Positions 9,464-19,115 of a stretch of DNA of 64,000 nucleotides are shown here, piece after piece. The translations under genes and the position numbers were made by a program. The notes under the pieces are model-generated. The model worked only from the letters and a program-made list of their open reading frames with translations. It did no database searches and was not told where the DNA came from. The stretch lies in the NCBI GenBank assembly GCA_036505295.1, contig DASXTQ010000093.1, forward strand, positions 5,900-69,899, read 5' to 3'. Source of the stretch: Candidatus Eiseniibacteriota bacterium. Lineage in GTDB: Bacteria; Eisenbacteria; RBG-16-71-46; SZUA-252. The number at the start of each line of letters is the position of its first letter. The stretch's first letter is position 1.

Positions 9464-10630
9464 TTACGGTCTGGCTTGGGGCTCGCGCCGATCGGTCCTG
9501 GCGAAAAGCTCGCTCGCCAGATCGTGGGCCAGGAAAAGCCCCTGATCGTTCGGACGTAGGCGGCCCGGCGGGGAGTCCGCCACGGCATTCCCTTCCTGAG
9601 CCCAGACCCTCCACGCCGCGACCTCCGCGGCGGGAAAAGCGGCGAGGTGCCGTGACACCCTGAGCCCTCGCGAACGGCGGAGCCCGAGGAAGATCGCCTC
9701 CTCCGAGGCTTCCGCGGCCGAAAGCTCGCGTCGATCCTCCCGGGGCAGCTCCGCGGATTCGACCCGCTCGAAGTATCGCGGGATCGATTCCTCGTTTTGC
9801 CAGCGCGCGCGCCCATCGAAGGAATGCGCGCCGGGACCGAGGCCCAGATAGGGACGCCTCGTCCAATACCCCTCGTTGTGGCGGGACCGGAATCCCGGCA
9901 GGGCGAAGTTCGAAACTTCGTAGTGGTGGTAGCCCGCGCCGGTGAGAATCCGTAGAAGCTCTTCGTAGCGCCCGACCACTTCCGTTTCGCCGGGAACCGC
10001 AAGCGCGCCACGCGCCGCCTTGGAGTGGAGGGGCGTGCCCTCTTCGAGCTGGAGCGGATACGCGGAGATGTGCGGGATGCCGAGCGCGATCAGCCGCTCC
10101 AGGCCCGCGCGGAGCCCGTCCCTGGTCTCGCCCGGAACGCCGTACATGAGATCGACCGAGAGATTCCGAAACCCCGCGCTGCGCGCGAGCGTCACCGCGT
10201 GGAGGGCGGATTCCGCCGTGTGGATGCGCCCCAGGGCGCGGAGCGCCGGAGCTTCGAGCGACTGGATGCCGAGGCTCAGGCGATCCACGCCTCCTTCGAA
10301 CAGGATCGACAGCTTCTCCGGATTGAGCCCTTCGGGATTCGCCTCGACCGTGAACTCACGAACGCGGCGTAGGTCCCAGGCCTCGTGGATCCAGGTCAGG
10401 AACCGCGCGAGGGCCGGTGTCTCGAGCGCGGTCGGCGTGCCGCCGCCCACGTAGACGGTCCGCGGCCGGCTCCACGCCTCGCCATCCGCCGCCCGCGCCA
10501 GGTCCCACTCGCGGCGCAGGGCCGAGAGAAGGCGTTCCGGCTCCGCGTGGTGCAGCGGCGCTTTCACGAAGTCGCAGTAGGGGCAAATGCTGCGGCAGTA
10601 GGGAAGATGGATGTAGAGACCGTATTCCAC
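9464..10630 (-). CDS. hemW: Radical SAM family heme chaperone HemW (HemN-like)
   Basis: 388-aa ORF. The N-terminal YIHLPYCRSICPYCDF is the CxxxCxxC radical SAM motif in the HemW/HemN context. The hemW-lepB-lepA neighbourhood is common. Confidence 0.85.
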   Translation of the reverse strand: MEYGLYIHLPYCRSICPYCDFVKAPLHHAEPERLLSALRREWDLARAADGEAWSRPRTVYVGGGTPTALETPALARFLTWIHEAWDLRRVREFTVEANPEGLNPEKLSILFEGGVDRLSLGIQSLEAPALRALGRIHTAESALHAVTLARSAGFRNLSVDLMYGVPGETRDGLRAGLERLIALGIPHISAYPLQLEEGTPLHSKAARGALAVPGETEVVGRYEELLRILTGAGYHHYEVSNFALPGFRSRHNEGYWTRRPYLGLGPGAHSFDGRARWQNEESIPRYFERVESAELPREDRRELSAAEASEEAIFLGLRRSRGLRVSRHLAAFPAAEVAAWRVWAQEGNAVADSPPGRLRPNDQGLFLAHDLASELFARTDRREPQARP

Positions 10631-10633
10631 GCG

Positions 10634-11323
10634 TCAATGCACCGGGTGAAAGAGACGGTTAAACCGGGGCATGCTCTTCTCGGCGTCCCAGGACCAGTAG
10701 AGGATCATCGCCTTCCCCTTCACGAGATTGAGCGGAAGCGGGCCCCAGAAGCGGCTGTCATGACTGTTGTCCCGGTTGTCTCCCATCATGAAGATGTGCC
10801 CCTTCGGCACCACGAAAGGACCGAAGTTGTCGCGCGCGCTGATCTCGCGCGGCAGGATCCGCTCGTCGGAATGCTTGACGTAGGGCTCCCGCTGCAGCGT
10901 GTCGTTGACGTAGAGAGACTTGTTCTTGATCTCGATCGTCTGACCCTCCACGGCCACGCATCGTTTGATGAAGTCGCGGCTGGGGTCGTCGGGGTACCGG
11001 AACACGATGACGTCTCCCCGATGCGGCTGGCGGATCGCGGGGAATCGGTAATACACGAGACGATGGCCCGCGGCGCCGATGTCGATCTCCGAGCCGTAGA
11101 CGAGCTTGTTCACGAAAAGAAAGTCCCCGACCAGGAGTGTGTCCTCCATCGAGCCGGTCGGGATGCGGAACGCCTGGACGACGAGACCGCGGATCACGAC
11201 CGTGAGCAGGACGGCGAGGACGATCGCCTCGACGTATTCCCGCAGGGTGGACTTGGTCCGCGTGGCACGTCTCGACTTCGTCTTGGCCGCTACTCTCGCG
11301 CTCTCCATTCCATCACCTCCCAA
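10634..11323 (-). CDS. lepB: Signal peptidase I
   Basis: 229-aa ORF with an N-terminal TM helix, the catalytic Ser motif IPTGSMEDTL, and GDNRDNSHDSRFWG. Confidence 0.9.
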   Translation of the reverse strand: MGGDGMESARVAAKTKSRRATRTKSTLREYVEAIVLAVLLTVVIRGLVVQAFRIPTGSMEDTLLVGDFLFVNKLVYGSEIDIGAAGHRLVYYRFPAIRQPHRGDVIVFRYPDDPSRDFIKRCVAVEGQTIEIKNKSLYVNDTLQREPYVKHSDERILPREISARDNFGPFVVPKGHIFMMGDNRDNSHDSRFWGPLPLNLVKGKAMILYWSWDAEKSMPRFNRLFHPVH

Positions 11324-11330
11324 CCGGGCC

Positions 11331-13133
11331 CTACCGTTCCACGCGCAGGACCGCGAGAAATGCCTCTTGCGGAATCCGGACGGTGCCGACCTGTTTCATA
11401 CGTTTCTTTCCCTCGCGCTGTTTCTCGAGAAGCTTTCTCTTGCGTGTGATGTCTCCGCCGTAGCATTTCGCGAGGACGTTCTTTCGCATCGCGGGGATGG
11501 TCTCCCGCGCGATGACCTGGTTTCCGATCGTGGCCTGGACGGCGATTGGAAACATCTGCCTCGGAATCAGCTCCTTGAGCTTCGCCGAAACGTCGCGACC
11601 CCAGTCGTACGCCTTCTCGCGGTGCACGATGACCGAGAGCGCGTCCACCGACTCGCTGTTCAAGAGCAGGTCCATCCGGACAAGGTCCGCCGGCTTCATC
11701 CCAGAGAACTCGTAATCCAGTGACGCGTAGCCCCGGCTGATCGACTTGAGCCTGTCGTAAAAGTCGAGCACGATCTCGGCCAGCGGTAGCTCGTAGGTGA
11801 TGTGGGCGCGGGCCTCGTCCGGAAACTCCATCCCGATAAAGATGCCGCGGCGGTCCTGCGCGAGCTTCATGATGTTCCCCACGTAGTCCGCCGGCACCAC
11901 GATCTGCGCCCTCACGTACGGCTCCTCGATCTGCTCGATCTGGTTCGCAGGCGGCAGGAGCGCCGGGTTTTCGACCAGCAGAACCCCGCCGTTCGTCTTG
12001 GTCACGCGGTACTCCACGCTCGGGACGGTCGCGATCAGGTTGACCCCATACTCGCGGGTGAGCCGCTCCTGGATGATCTCCATGTGGAGCAGCCCGAGAA
12101 ACCCGCAGCGGAAACCGAACCCGAGCGCGAGCGACGTCTCGGGCTCGAAGGTGAGCGAGGCGTCGTTCAACTGGAGCTTGGCAAGCGACTCCTTGAGCGA
12201 CTCGTAGCTCTCCGCTTCGATGGGGTAGAGCCCCGAGAACACCATCGGCTTCACCGGGCGGTATCCGGGGAGCGCCCGCGCCTCGGGGTCCAGCGCGTCT
12301 GTGATCGTGTCGCCGACCTTCGCGTCCGCGACCACCTTTACGTTCGCGATCACGTACCCCACGTCGCCGGCCGAAAGCTCCTCCTTGGGCTCGAGCCCCA
12401 GGCGCAGCACGCCGACCTCGAGCACCTCGTGGGTCTTCTCGGTGGAATGGAACCGGACCGAGCCTCCCGCGCGGATGACGCCGCGCACGATGCGCACGTA
12501 GACGATCACGCCCCGGAATTGGTCGAACACCGAGTCGAAGATCAGAGCCTGAAGCGATTCGTTGCTCCGATCCTCGGGAGGCGGGATCCGCTCGATGACC
12601 GCCTCCAGCAGCTCCTCGATGTTGCGCCCCTCTTTCGCCGAGACCCGGATCACCTCCTCGGGCTCCACGTGCAAGAGATGCGCCATCTCGAGGGCAACGT
12701 CGTCGGGGTGGGCCGCGGGCAGGTCGATCTTGTTCAGGACCGGCACGATGGTCAGTTTCTGGTCCAGAGCCAGAAAGAGGTTCGAGAGCGTCTGAGCCTC
12801 GATGCCCTGCGACGCGTCCACGACCAGGATCGCGCCCTCGCACGCCGCCAGGCTCCGCGAGACCTCGTAGGTGAAGTCCACGTGCCCGGGGGTGTCGATC
12901 AAGTTGAGCTGGTAGGTCTGCCCATCCCGGGCGCGGTACCCCATCGCGATCGCGTGGGACTTGATCGTGATTCCCTTCTCGCGCTCCAGGTCCATGTTGT
13001 CGAGCACCTGATCCTTCATTTTCCCTCGTGGAATCGTGTTCGTGATCTCGAGCAGCCGGTCCGCGAGAGTCGATTTCCCGTGGTCTATGTGCGCGATGAT
13101 GCAGAAGTTCCGGACAAGGGAGCGCGGATTCAT
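11331..13133 (-). CDS. lepA: Elongation factor 4 (LepA)
   Basis: Starts [28 protein letters not shown] (G1 motif), then DTPGHVDF and NKIDL. I use the ATG at 13133 (600 aa). The 82-codon upstream extension in the track is R/P/S-rich junk. Confidence 0.95.
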   Translation of the reverse strand: MNPRSLVRNFCIIAHIDHGKSTLADRLLEITNTIPRGKMKDQVLDNMDLEREKGITIKSHAIAMGYRARDGQTYQLNLIDTPGHVDFTYEVSRSLAACEGAILVVDASQGIEAQTLSNLFLALDQKLTIVPVLNKIDLPAAHPDDVALEMAHLLHVEPEEVIRVSAKEGRNIEELLEAVIERIPPPEDRSNESLQALIFDSVFDQFRGVIVYVRIVRGVIRAGGSVRFHSTEKTHEVLEVGVLRLGLEPKEELSAGDVGYVIANVKVVADAKVGDTITDALDPEARALPGYRPVKPMVFSGLYPIEAESYESLKESLAKLQLNDASLTFEPETSLALGFGFRCGFLGLLHMEIIQERLTREYGVNLIATVPSVEYRVTKTNGGVLLVENPALLPPANQIEQIEEPYVRAQIVVPADYVGNIMKLAQDRRGIFIGMEFPDEARAHITYELPLAEIVLDFYDRLKSISRGYASLDYEFSGMKPADLVRMDLLLNSESVDALSVIVHREKAYDWGRDVSAKLKELIPRQMFPIAVQATIGNQVIARETIPAMRKNVLAKCYGGDITRKRKLLEKQREGKKRMKQVGTVRIPQEAFLAVLRVER

Positions 13134-13143
13134 GGGCGGGGGA

Positions 13144-13737
13144 TCAGAATCGGGTCCGGAGGGCGAGTGTGATTCGGGGCTTCTCCCCTGGTTCCGAAGA
13201 GCCGAAATCCGCCTCGAAGGTTCCGAGGTGGGCATCGACGTACGCATCGACGGTGGAAAGGAGGTGGGCGGCGATGCCCCACCAGATCCAATTGATCTTC
13301 TTGTTCCGATGCACCTCCCGATCCTGGTCCGCGGCCAGGTACGCGGGGTCGACTTGGTAGTCCACTCCGGCCTCGACATCTGCGGAGGCGATGGCGCTCA
13401 GGCGATCCACCGCGTCGTTCTCCTTCCGGTATTCGTTCCATGCCTGGTACGCGAGGAGCCCCTCGCCGGCGACCACCGCCACGGCTTTCAGATACTTGCG
13501 GTTGTAGAGTTGCCCCCAGCCGGGCACGGCTGCCGACCGGAGCATGACGAGAAAAGGACGCGATCGATGACGGAGTGAATCCGCGCGGGCCGAGGCGGGC
13601 GCGGGGGGAGCCGATGCCGCGAAAGCCGCGGCGGCGCCCCACGCGAGCAGGAAAGCCGCGAGTAGAAACGCAGCGCTATTCCTTGGTGAAGGCTTGAGCG
13701 ATCGCAAGGAAGAGGAGCAGCAATCCGCCGAATGCAT
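13144..13737 (-). CDS. Hypothetical secreted or membrane protein, DUF5683-like (PGWGQLYN motif)
   Basis: 197-aa ORF with a signal-peptide-like [21 protein letters not shown], then the [22 protein letters not shown] motif I associate with DUF5683. It ends in an aromatic residue. The start is uncertain and overlaps the next ORF by 62 nt. Confidence 0.5.
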   Translation of the reverse strand: MHSADCCSSSLRSLKPSPRNSAAFLLAAFLLAWGAAAAFAASAPPAPASARADSLRHRSRPFLVMLRSAAVPGWGQLYNRKYLKAVAVVAGEGLLAYQAWNEYRKENDAVDRLSAIASADVEAGVDYQVDPAYLAADQDREVHRNKKINWIWWGIAAHLLSTVDAYVDAHLGTFEADFGSSEPGEKPRITLALRTRF

Positions 13738-13951
13738 AAACTCCGATCACAACGCCATGGGTGAAATCGTGTCCCAACGAGGAGTGCCGCAACAGGTACT
13801 GGAGCCCTTCCGCAAGCGTGACGACCAACACGATCAGGACCACGAACGACCACTTTCGAGTGATAGCGACAATCACGATCGCGACCAGGAACGCGATCAC
13901 GCGTGGATCGGTCCAATTGAGTGAGAGGAGCGAATGGATGAAATCATTCAT
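13676..13951 (-). CDS. Hypothetical small membrane protein (3 predicted TM helices)
   Basis: 91-aa ORF with three hydrophobic stretches ([44 protein letters not shown]). I recognise no family. Confidence 0.4.
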   Translation of the reverse strand: MNDFIHSLLSLNWTDPRVIAFLVAIVIVAITRKWSFVVLIVLVVTLAEGLQYLLRHSSLGHDFTHGVVIGVYAFGGLLLLFLAIAQAFTKE

Positions 13952-13974
13952 CGTATCTCAACCTCGAATCGTGA

Positions 13975-14072
13975 TGGCGGGAACGTGTGGGAATCGAACC
14001 CACCTCGGGCGTTATGAGCGCCCGACAGAAGGATTTGAAGTCCTCGGAGTCCACCAGAACCCATCCGTCCCC
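13975..14072 (-). tRNA. selC: tRNA-Sec (anticodon UCA)
   Basis: The minus strand reads GGGGACGG-AT-GGGTTC-TGGT-GGACTC-...GAGGA-CTTCAAA-TCCTT-...TCGGGCG-CTCATAA-CGCCCGA...GTGGG-TTCGATT-CCCAC-ACGTTCCC-G-CCA. It has a 6-bp D stem with a 4-nt loop, a UCA anticodon, a long variable arm, an extended acceptor and an encoded CCA. It sits 10 nt downstream of selD. Confidence 0.85.
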
Positions 14073-14082
14073 GCACTTGGCG

Positions 14083-15138
14083 TCACGCCGCCACCTCGAG
14101 CGGGCGCGTTCGGCGGGGAAGAACTTCCCCGACCACCGTCGCGGACACCTTTCCCCGCGCGAGCCGGCGCATGAGCGCGGTCGCGCGCGAAGGCCGAACC
14201 GCGATCAGGAGGCCCCCGGAGGTCTGCGGGTCGACAAGCACGTGCCGGAGCGGCTCGGATACGCCGGCGTCGAAGGTCACGTGGGGCGCGGCGTAGGCCG
14301 CGTTGGTCATCAACCCGCCGGGCATGACGCCCCGGGCCGCGAGCTCCAGCACGCCCGGCAACACGGGAACCGCCGCGCTCCAGATCCGGATCGTCTTCCG
14401 GCTGGCGCGGGCGACGTTCAGCGCGTGACCCAAGAGACCGAAGCCCGTCACGTCGGTCGCCGCGCTCACCCCCACGGCCTGCATCGCCTCCCCCGCGGCG
14501 CGGTTCAGCGTCGCCATCTGGGTCGTCATGAGATCGACCGTCTCTTCCGGGAGGAGGCGCTGCTTCAGCGCGGTCGCAAGGATGCCGACCCCCAAGGGCT
14601 TTGTCAAAATGAGCATGTCTCCGCCCTTGGCCCCCGCGTTCGAGACGATCCGCTTCGGGTGGACCTCCCCGGTGACCGCGAATCCGAACTTCATCTCCTT
14701 GTCGCGCACGGAGTGTCCTCCCATGAGCGCCACACGCGCCTGCTTCAGCGTCGCAGCGCCCCCGCGGAGGATCTCGCCTAAGACCGCCATGTCCCCCGAC
14801 TCGGGATAGCAAACGATCGAGAGCGCGGTCAGCGGCGTTCCGCCCATGGCATAGACGTCGCTCAACGCGTTCGCGGCGGCGATCCGCCCGAAGTCGAATG
14901 GATCGTTGACCATGGGCGTGAAGAAATCCACCGTCTGGACGAGCGCGCGCGTAGGAGAGATCCGGTACACGCCGGCGTCGTCCCAGGTTTCGGGACCGAT
15001 CAGCACGCCTTTCGATCTCGGAGCACCGGGGAGGGCGGAGAGGACCTGGCTCAAGTCGAGGGGGCTGAGCTTCGCGGCGCAGCCCGCGCAGGACACCTGC
15101 TCGGTCAAACGCACGGCTTCGCTTCGCGCGCGGTTCAC
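14083..15138 (-). CDS. selD: Selenide, water dikinase SelD (Cys-type)
   Basis: 351-aa ORF. The N-terminal LTEQVSCAGCAAKLSP matches the SelD catalytic Cys/Lys loop. An AIR-synthase-like fold pattern follows. Confidence 0.9.
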   Translation of the reverse strand: MNRARSEAVRLTEQVSCAGCAAKLSPLDLSQVLSALPGAPRSKGVLIGPETWDDAGVYRISPTRALVQTVDFFTPMVNDPFDFGRIAAANALSDVYAMGGTPLTALSIVCYPESGDMAVLGEILRGGAATLKQARVALMGGHSVRDKEMKFGFAVTGEVHPKRIVSNAGAKGGDMLILTKPLGVGILATALKQRLLPEETVDLMTTQMATLNRAAGEAMQAVGVSAATDVTGFGLLGHALNVARASRKTIRIWSAAVPVLPGVLELAARGVMPGGLMTNAAYAAPHVTFDAGVSEPLRHVLVDPQTSGGLLIAVRPSRATALMRRLARGKVSATVVGEVLPRRTRPLEVAA

Positions 15139-15536
15139 GTGAGAAACGCCCAGACCTCGATCTCGACCCTTGCGTCCCGAGGTAGCGAGCGGACCGCGAC
15201 GGTGCTCCGCGCCGGCTTGGGGTCCGGGAAGAACCCCCCGTAGACCTCGTTCATGGCTGCGAAGTCGCCCATGTCGGCCAGAAACACCGTGGTCTTGACC
15301 ACGTCACCCAACCCCGCGTCGGCCGCCTTCAGAACCGCTTCGAGGTTTCGAAGGGCGCGCTCGGTTTCCGGCCCCACCCCGCCTGAGACGAGCTTCCCCG
15401 TCGCTGGGTCGAGGCCCACCTGGCCGGACGAAACGATCCAACGCCCGGCGAGCGACCCCGTCCGGCCCTGCGCGTAGGGCCCGATCGCCGCGGGCGCGTT
15501 CGGGGTTTGGATGGCAGCCAGCGGATCCGGGCTCAC
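15135..15536 (-). CDS. ridA: RidA/YjgF family reactive intermediate deaminase
   Basis: C-terminal 133 codons of the tracked ORF: APAAIGPYAQG...SGQVGLDPATGKLV...VVKTTVFLADMGDFAAMNEVY...ARSTVAVRSLPRDARVEIE. The GTG start overlaps the glmS stop (GTGA). Confidence 0.85.
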   Translation of the reverse strand: MSPDPLAAIQTPNAPAAIGPYAQGRTGSLAGRWIVSSGQVGLDPATGKLVSGGVGPETERALRNLEAVLKAADAGLGDVVKTTVFLADMGDFAAMNEVYGGFFPDPKPARSTVAVRSLPRDARVEIEVWAFLT

Positions 15537-17359
15537 TCGACCGTGACGCTCTTGGCCAAGTTGCGGGGCTGGTCCACGTCGCACTTGCGCTCCACCGCGA
15601 TATAGTACGCGAGCAGCTGGAGCGGTACGACCGAGAGGAGCGGCGTGAGCGGCCCGAGCACGCGCGGGATATAGAGCACATGGTCCGCCTTGGTCGCCAC
15701 GTGCTCGTCCCCCTCGGAAGCGATCGCGATGATCTTGCCTCGCCGGGCCCTCACCTCTTCCATGTTGTTCAGGACCTTCTCGTAGGCCGAGTCCTGCGTG
15801 CAAATGAACACGACCGGCATGTTCTCGTCGATGAGCGCGATCGGGCCGTGCTTCATCTCGGCGGCGGGGTAGCCCTCCGCGTGGATGTACGAAATCTCCT
15901 TGAGCTTCAAGGCCCCCTCGAGCGCGACCGGAAAATTGTAGCCGCGTCCCAGGTAGAGGAAGTTGTTGTGGCGGGCGTACGCCTGCGCGATCGCCTTCAC
16001 CTTGTCGGCGCCGGCCAGGATGCGCTCAATCTTGTCGGGGATCGACGCGAGCTCCCGCGTCAGCTCGGCTCCAAGCTCCGGGGAGAGCTCGCCCAAGCGC
16101 CCGAGGTACAAGGTCAGGAGGGCGAGCGCCGCGACCTGCGACGTGAACGCCTTCGTCGACGCCACGCCGATCTCAGGTCCCGCGTGGATGTAAACGCCGC
16201 CGCCCGACTCGCGCGCGATCGTGCTTCCGACCACGTTGCAGACGCCGAGCACCCGCGCGCCTCTCCGCTTGGCCTCGCGCATCGCCGCCAGCGTGTCGGC
16301 GGTCTCGCCCGACTGGCTCACCGCGATCACCACCGTCCCGGGCTCCAGAATCGGATTCCGGTACCGGAACTCCGAGGCATACTCCACCTCGACCGGGATG
16401 CGGGCCAGCTCCTCGATCAGGTACTCGCCGATCATTCCGGCATGCCAGGAGGTCCCGCACGCGGTGATGACGACGCGGGTGATCGCGCGAAGCTCGGCCG
16501 GCGACATGTTGAGCCCGCCCAGGCGCGACGTCCCTTCTTCGGCCAGCAAGCGGCCGCGGAGGGTGTTCCGGAGCGACTGGGGCTGCTCGAAGATCTCCTT
16601 GAGCATGAAATGCGCGTATCCCGCCTTCTCGATTTTCTCGAGATCCCAATCGACGGTCTCCACGCGTTTCGAAACGGTCTCCTCTCGGATCGTGGTGGTG
16701 TGGATCCCCCGGGGCGTGAGCACGACCATCTCTTCGTCGTCGAGATACACGACCTGATTCGTGTGCCGGATGATCGCGGAAACGTCGGACGCGAGCACGT
16801 ACTCGGAATCGCAGATTCCGACCACGAGCGGGCTCCCGTGGCGAGCGCCCACGATCTTTCCGGGGTCGTCCCGCGCGATGACGGCGATGCCGTACGTCCC
16901 GGTGACATGCCGGAGCGCGGCGGCCACCGCACGCTCCAGATTGCCCTCGAAGTACTTCTCGATCAGGTGGGCGATGGTCTCGGTATCGGTGTCGGTGGTG
17001 AAGCGATGCCCTTCCTCTTCGAGCTTCTTCCTGAGGGTGACGTAGTTTTCGATGATTCCGTTGTGCGCGACCGCGATGTTGCCCTTGCAGTCCACGTGAG
17101 GGTGGGCGTTGACCGTGGTGGGCTCACCGTGCGTCGCCCAGCGCGTGTGGGCAATGCCGAGGGTCCCGCGCGGCTTGGATCCGTCCAGGAGCCCTTCCAG
17201 CACGGCGATCTTGCCGGCCGCCTTCTGTACGATCAGCCCCTGGCCGTTCAGGATGGCGACTCCGGCGGAGTCGTAGCCGCGATACTCCAACCGCTTCAGC
17301 CCTTCGAGCAGGATCGGCAGTGATTCCTGCGATCCGACGTATCCCACGATTCCGCACAT
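15533..17359 (-). CDS. glmS: Glutamine--fructose-6-phosphate aminotransferase GlmS
   Basis: Starts MCGIVGYVGSQ (Ntn Cys2), has two SIS domains, and ends in the typical C-terminal LAKSVTVE. I use the ATG at 17359 (608 aa). Confidence 0.95.
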   Translation of the reverse strand: MCGIVGYVGSQESLPILLEGLKRLEYRGYDSAGVAILNGQGLIVQKAAGKIAVLEGLLDGSKPRGTLGIAHTRWATHGEPTTVNAHPHVDCKGNIAVAHNGIIENYVTLRKKLEEEGHRFTTDTDTETIAHLIEKYFEGNLERAVAAALRHVTGTYGIAVIARDDPGKIVGARHGSPLVVGICDSEYVLASDVSAIIRHTNQVVYLDDEEMVVLTPRGIHTTTIREETVSKRVETVDWDLEKIEKAGYAHFMLKEIFEQPQSLRNTLRGRLLAEEGTSRLGGLNMSPAELRAITRVVITACGTSWHAGMIGEYLIEELARIPVEVEYASEFRYRNPILEPGTVVIAVSQSGETADTLAAMREAKRRGARVLGVCNVVGSTIARESGGGVYIHAGPEIGVASTKAFTSQVAALALLTLYLGRLGELSPELGAELTRELASIPDKIERILAGADKVKAIAQAYARHNNFLYLGRGYNFPVALEGALKLKEISYIHAEGYPAAEMKHGPIALIDENMPVVFICTQDSAYEKVLNNMEEVRARRGKIIAIASEGDEHVATKADHVLYIPRVLGPLTPLLSVVPLQLLAYYIAVERKCDVDQPRNLAKSVTVE

Positions 17360-17376
17360 AGTCTCGGCCCTCCCGC

Positions 17377-18831
17377 CTAGCGCGCTCGAGCGTGCATTTG
17401 CGACCGCTCGATCGCCTGGCCAGCACGGCTCGCCAAAGCCTCGGCATCCTCCCGGCTCCGTGCTTCCGCCAGGATCCGCACGATGGGTTCCGTGCCTGAA
17501 GCGCGCACTTGGACCCACGAATCTTCCCAGACGTACTTTTCCCCGTCCAGAACATTGCGTTCTCCGTCCGGGAACTCGCGGCGCAGCGCTTCGGAGAGCG
17601 CCTCTGTATCCTCCAGCCTCAAATCGAGCTTGCGCTTGACCATGATGACCGGCGGCAGCTCGGCGAGACGCGCGCTCAAGCTTCGCGCGTCACGCGCGAG
17701 CCAATCGACCACGATGGCCGCGGCGAGGAGGCCGTCGCGCGTCGCGTGCAGGGCCGGATAGATCACGCCCCCGTTCCCTTCCCCACCGATCACACCGCCG
17801 ATCTCGATCAGCTTCTGCGCGACGTGGGCCTCGCCGATCTTCGTCCGATGCACCGTCGCGCCGTACCGCCGCGCGATCCGATCGACCCCGATCGAGGTCG
17901 ACGCGTTCACCGCCACCGGGCCGGGATGGAGCGAGAGCGCCCAATCCACCGCGATTTGAAGCGTACGCTCTTCGCCGATCGGCTCGCCTCGCTCGTCGAC
18001 GATCGCGAGCCGGTCGGCATCGGGATCGTTCGCCAACCCGAGCGCGGCTCCCGTCGCCCGCACGCGTTCGCCGAGCGCGCCGAGGTTCTCGGGGAGCGGC
18101 TCCGCCACCCGCGGGAATCGGCCGGTCGGCTCGCAGAAGAGCCGCTCCACCTCGCAGCCCAACGCTTCGAGCAGCGCGGGGGTCGCTTCCCATCCGGCGC
18201 CGTTCGTCGCGTCCACCACCACGCGAAAGCGGCGGGCGCGGATCCGGGGCCGATCGAAGCCCGCGAGCGCAAGAATCGCGTCGCGATGGCGCCCGATCGC
18301 GTCCGGATCCTCTCGGATCGATCCTACGTGCGTGTGCGAGGCCCACGCGACTCCTCCGATCCTCGCGCGGCGCGCCACTTCCTCAGATTGCGCCGGCGCG
18401 AGGAACGTACCTCCCGGGCCGAACAGCTTGAGGGCGTTCCAAGGGGCGGGATTGTGGCTCGCCGTGATCGCGATGCCCCCCGACGCTCCGTGGTGTCGGA
18501 TCGCGAAGAGTATGGTGGGCGTCGGCGCGATCCCAACGTCCACGACGTCGTGTCCCGATGCCAGGAGCACCGCCTGCGTGAGTCGCGAGACCCAGGCGCC
18601 GCTCGGGCGCGTGTCGCGTCCGACGACCACGGGCCCCGGATCGAGGAAGGAGGCGTGCGCCCCCGCAACCCGGAGCACGACGTCGGGCGTGAGGGTTTGC
18701 CCCACGATCCCACGGACGCCGGATGGGCTGACCATGAGGCCCTGCAGAGGATCGGAAGCGGGACCTTTCGGTTCCCGCGTTCCCGCCGCGTCCCCCGCAT
18801 GGGGGTGCGCGGCGTTGCGGTTTGTCGTCAT
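17377..18831 (-). CDS. glmM: Phosphoglucosamine mutase / phosphomannomutase family (alpha-D-phosphohexomutase)
   Basis: Has the active-site loop GIAITASHNPAPWNALK and the metal loop VVVDATNGAG..DPDADR. It is adjacent to glmS. The start is set at MTTNRN (18831), because the tracked upstream extension reads through two tRNA genes. Confidence 0.8.
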   Translation of the reverse strand: MTTNRNAAHPHAGDAAGTREPKGPASDPLQGLMVSPSGVRGIVGQTLTPDVVLRVAGAHASFLDPGPVVVGRDTRPSGAWVSRLTQAVLLASGHDVVDVGIAPTPTILFAIRHHGASGGIAITASHNPAPWNALKLFGPGGTFLAPAQSEEVARRARIGGVAWASHTHVGSIREDPDAIGRHRDAILALAGFDRPRIRARRFRVVVDATNGAGWEATPALLEALGCEVERLFCEPTGRFPRVAEPLPENLGALGERVRATGAALGLANDPDADRLAIVDERGEPIGEERTLQIAVDWALSLHPGPVAVNASTSIGVDRIARRYGATVHRTKIGEAHVAQKLIEIGGVIGGEGNGGVIYPALHATRDGLLAAAIVVDWLARDARSLSARLAELPPVIMVKRKLDLRLEDTEALSEALRREFPDGERNVLDGEKYVWEDSWVQVRASGTEPIVRILAEARSREDAEALASRAGQAIERSQMHARAR

Positions 18832-18869
18832 GACATGTGGCCGAGGGTACGGGTCGGCCGGCCCGGGAA

Positions 18870-18945
18870 TGGAGCTGGTGACCGGAATCGAACCGGTGAC
18901 CCCGTCATTACGAGTGACGTGCTCTACCAGCTGAGCTACACCAGC
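18870..18945 (-). tRNA. tRNA-Thr (anticodon CGU)
   Basis: The minus strand reads GCTGGTGTAGCTCAGCTGGTAGAGCACGTCACTCGTAATGACGGGGTCACCGGTTCGATTCCGGTCACCAGCTCCA. It folds as a cloverleaf with anticodon loop CTCGTAA and an encoded CCA. Confidence 0.9.
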
Positions 18946-18996
18946 TTGGTTTTCGAGAGACGTGATGCTCTGCCGTGGAGGACCGGCCAAAATGAA

Positions 18997-19072
18997 TGGT
19001 GCGACCCCGCAGAATCGAACTGCGGACACCCACGTTTTCAGCGTGGTGCTCTACCAACTGAGCTAGGGTCGC
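18997..19072 (-). tRNA. tRNA-Phe (anticodon GAA)
   Basis: The minus strand reads GCGACCCTAGCTCAGTTGGTAGAGCACCACGCTGAAAACGTGGGTGTCCGCAGTTCGATTCTGCGGGGTCGCACCA. It is 76 nt, with anticodon loop CTGAAAA and an encoded CCA. Confidence 0.9.
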
Positions 19073-19115
19073 GCCGGACGGCAACGCTATCATGACGGGC
19101 ACCCTCGGTCAACGG

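Noticed and set aside
13134-13379. N-terminal extension of lepA. Analogous extensions exist for glmS (17360-17518), pilD (45407-45871), the ABC permease (46833-47096), rsmD (29238-29531), ridA (15537-15803) and pilB (56335-56433).
   Set aside because: The family-typical N-termini begin at the internal starts. The extensions are low-complexity and overlap upstream genes.
18832-19029. N-terminal extension of the phosphohexomutase ORF
   Set aside because: The extension (for example GVAQLVEHVTRNDGVTGSIP) is the translation of tRNA-Thr and tRNA-Phe genes, so the real start is at 18831.
18832-19115. Integrated element or genomic island at the tRNA-Thr/tRNA-Phe pair, and at tRNA-Sec (13975-14072)
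   Set aside because: I saw no integrase, no partial tRNA direct repeat and no compositional change next to any of the three tRNAs. The flanking genes are housekeeping.
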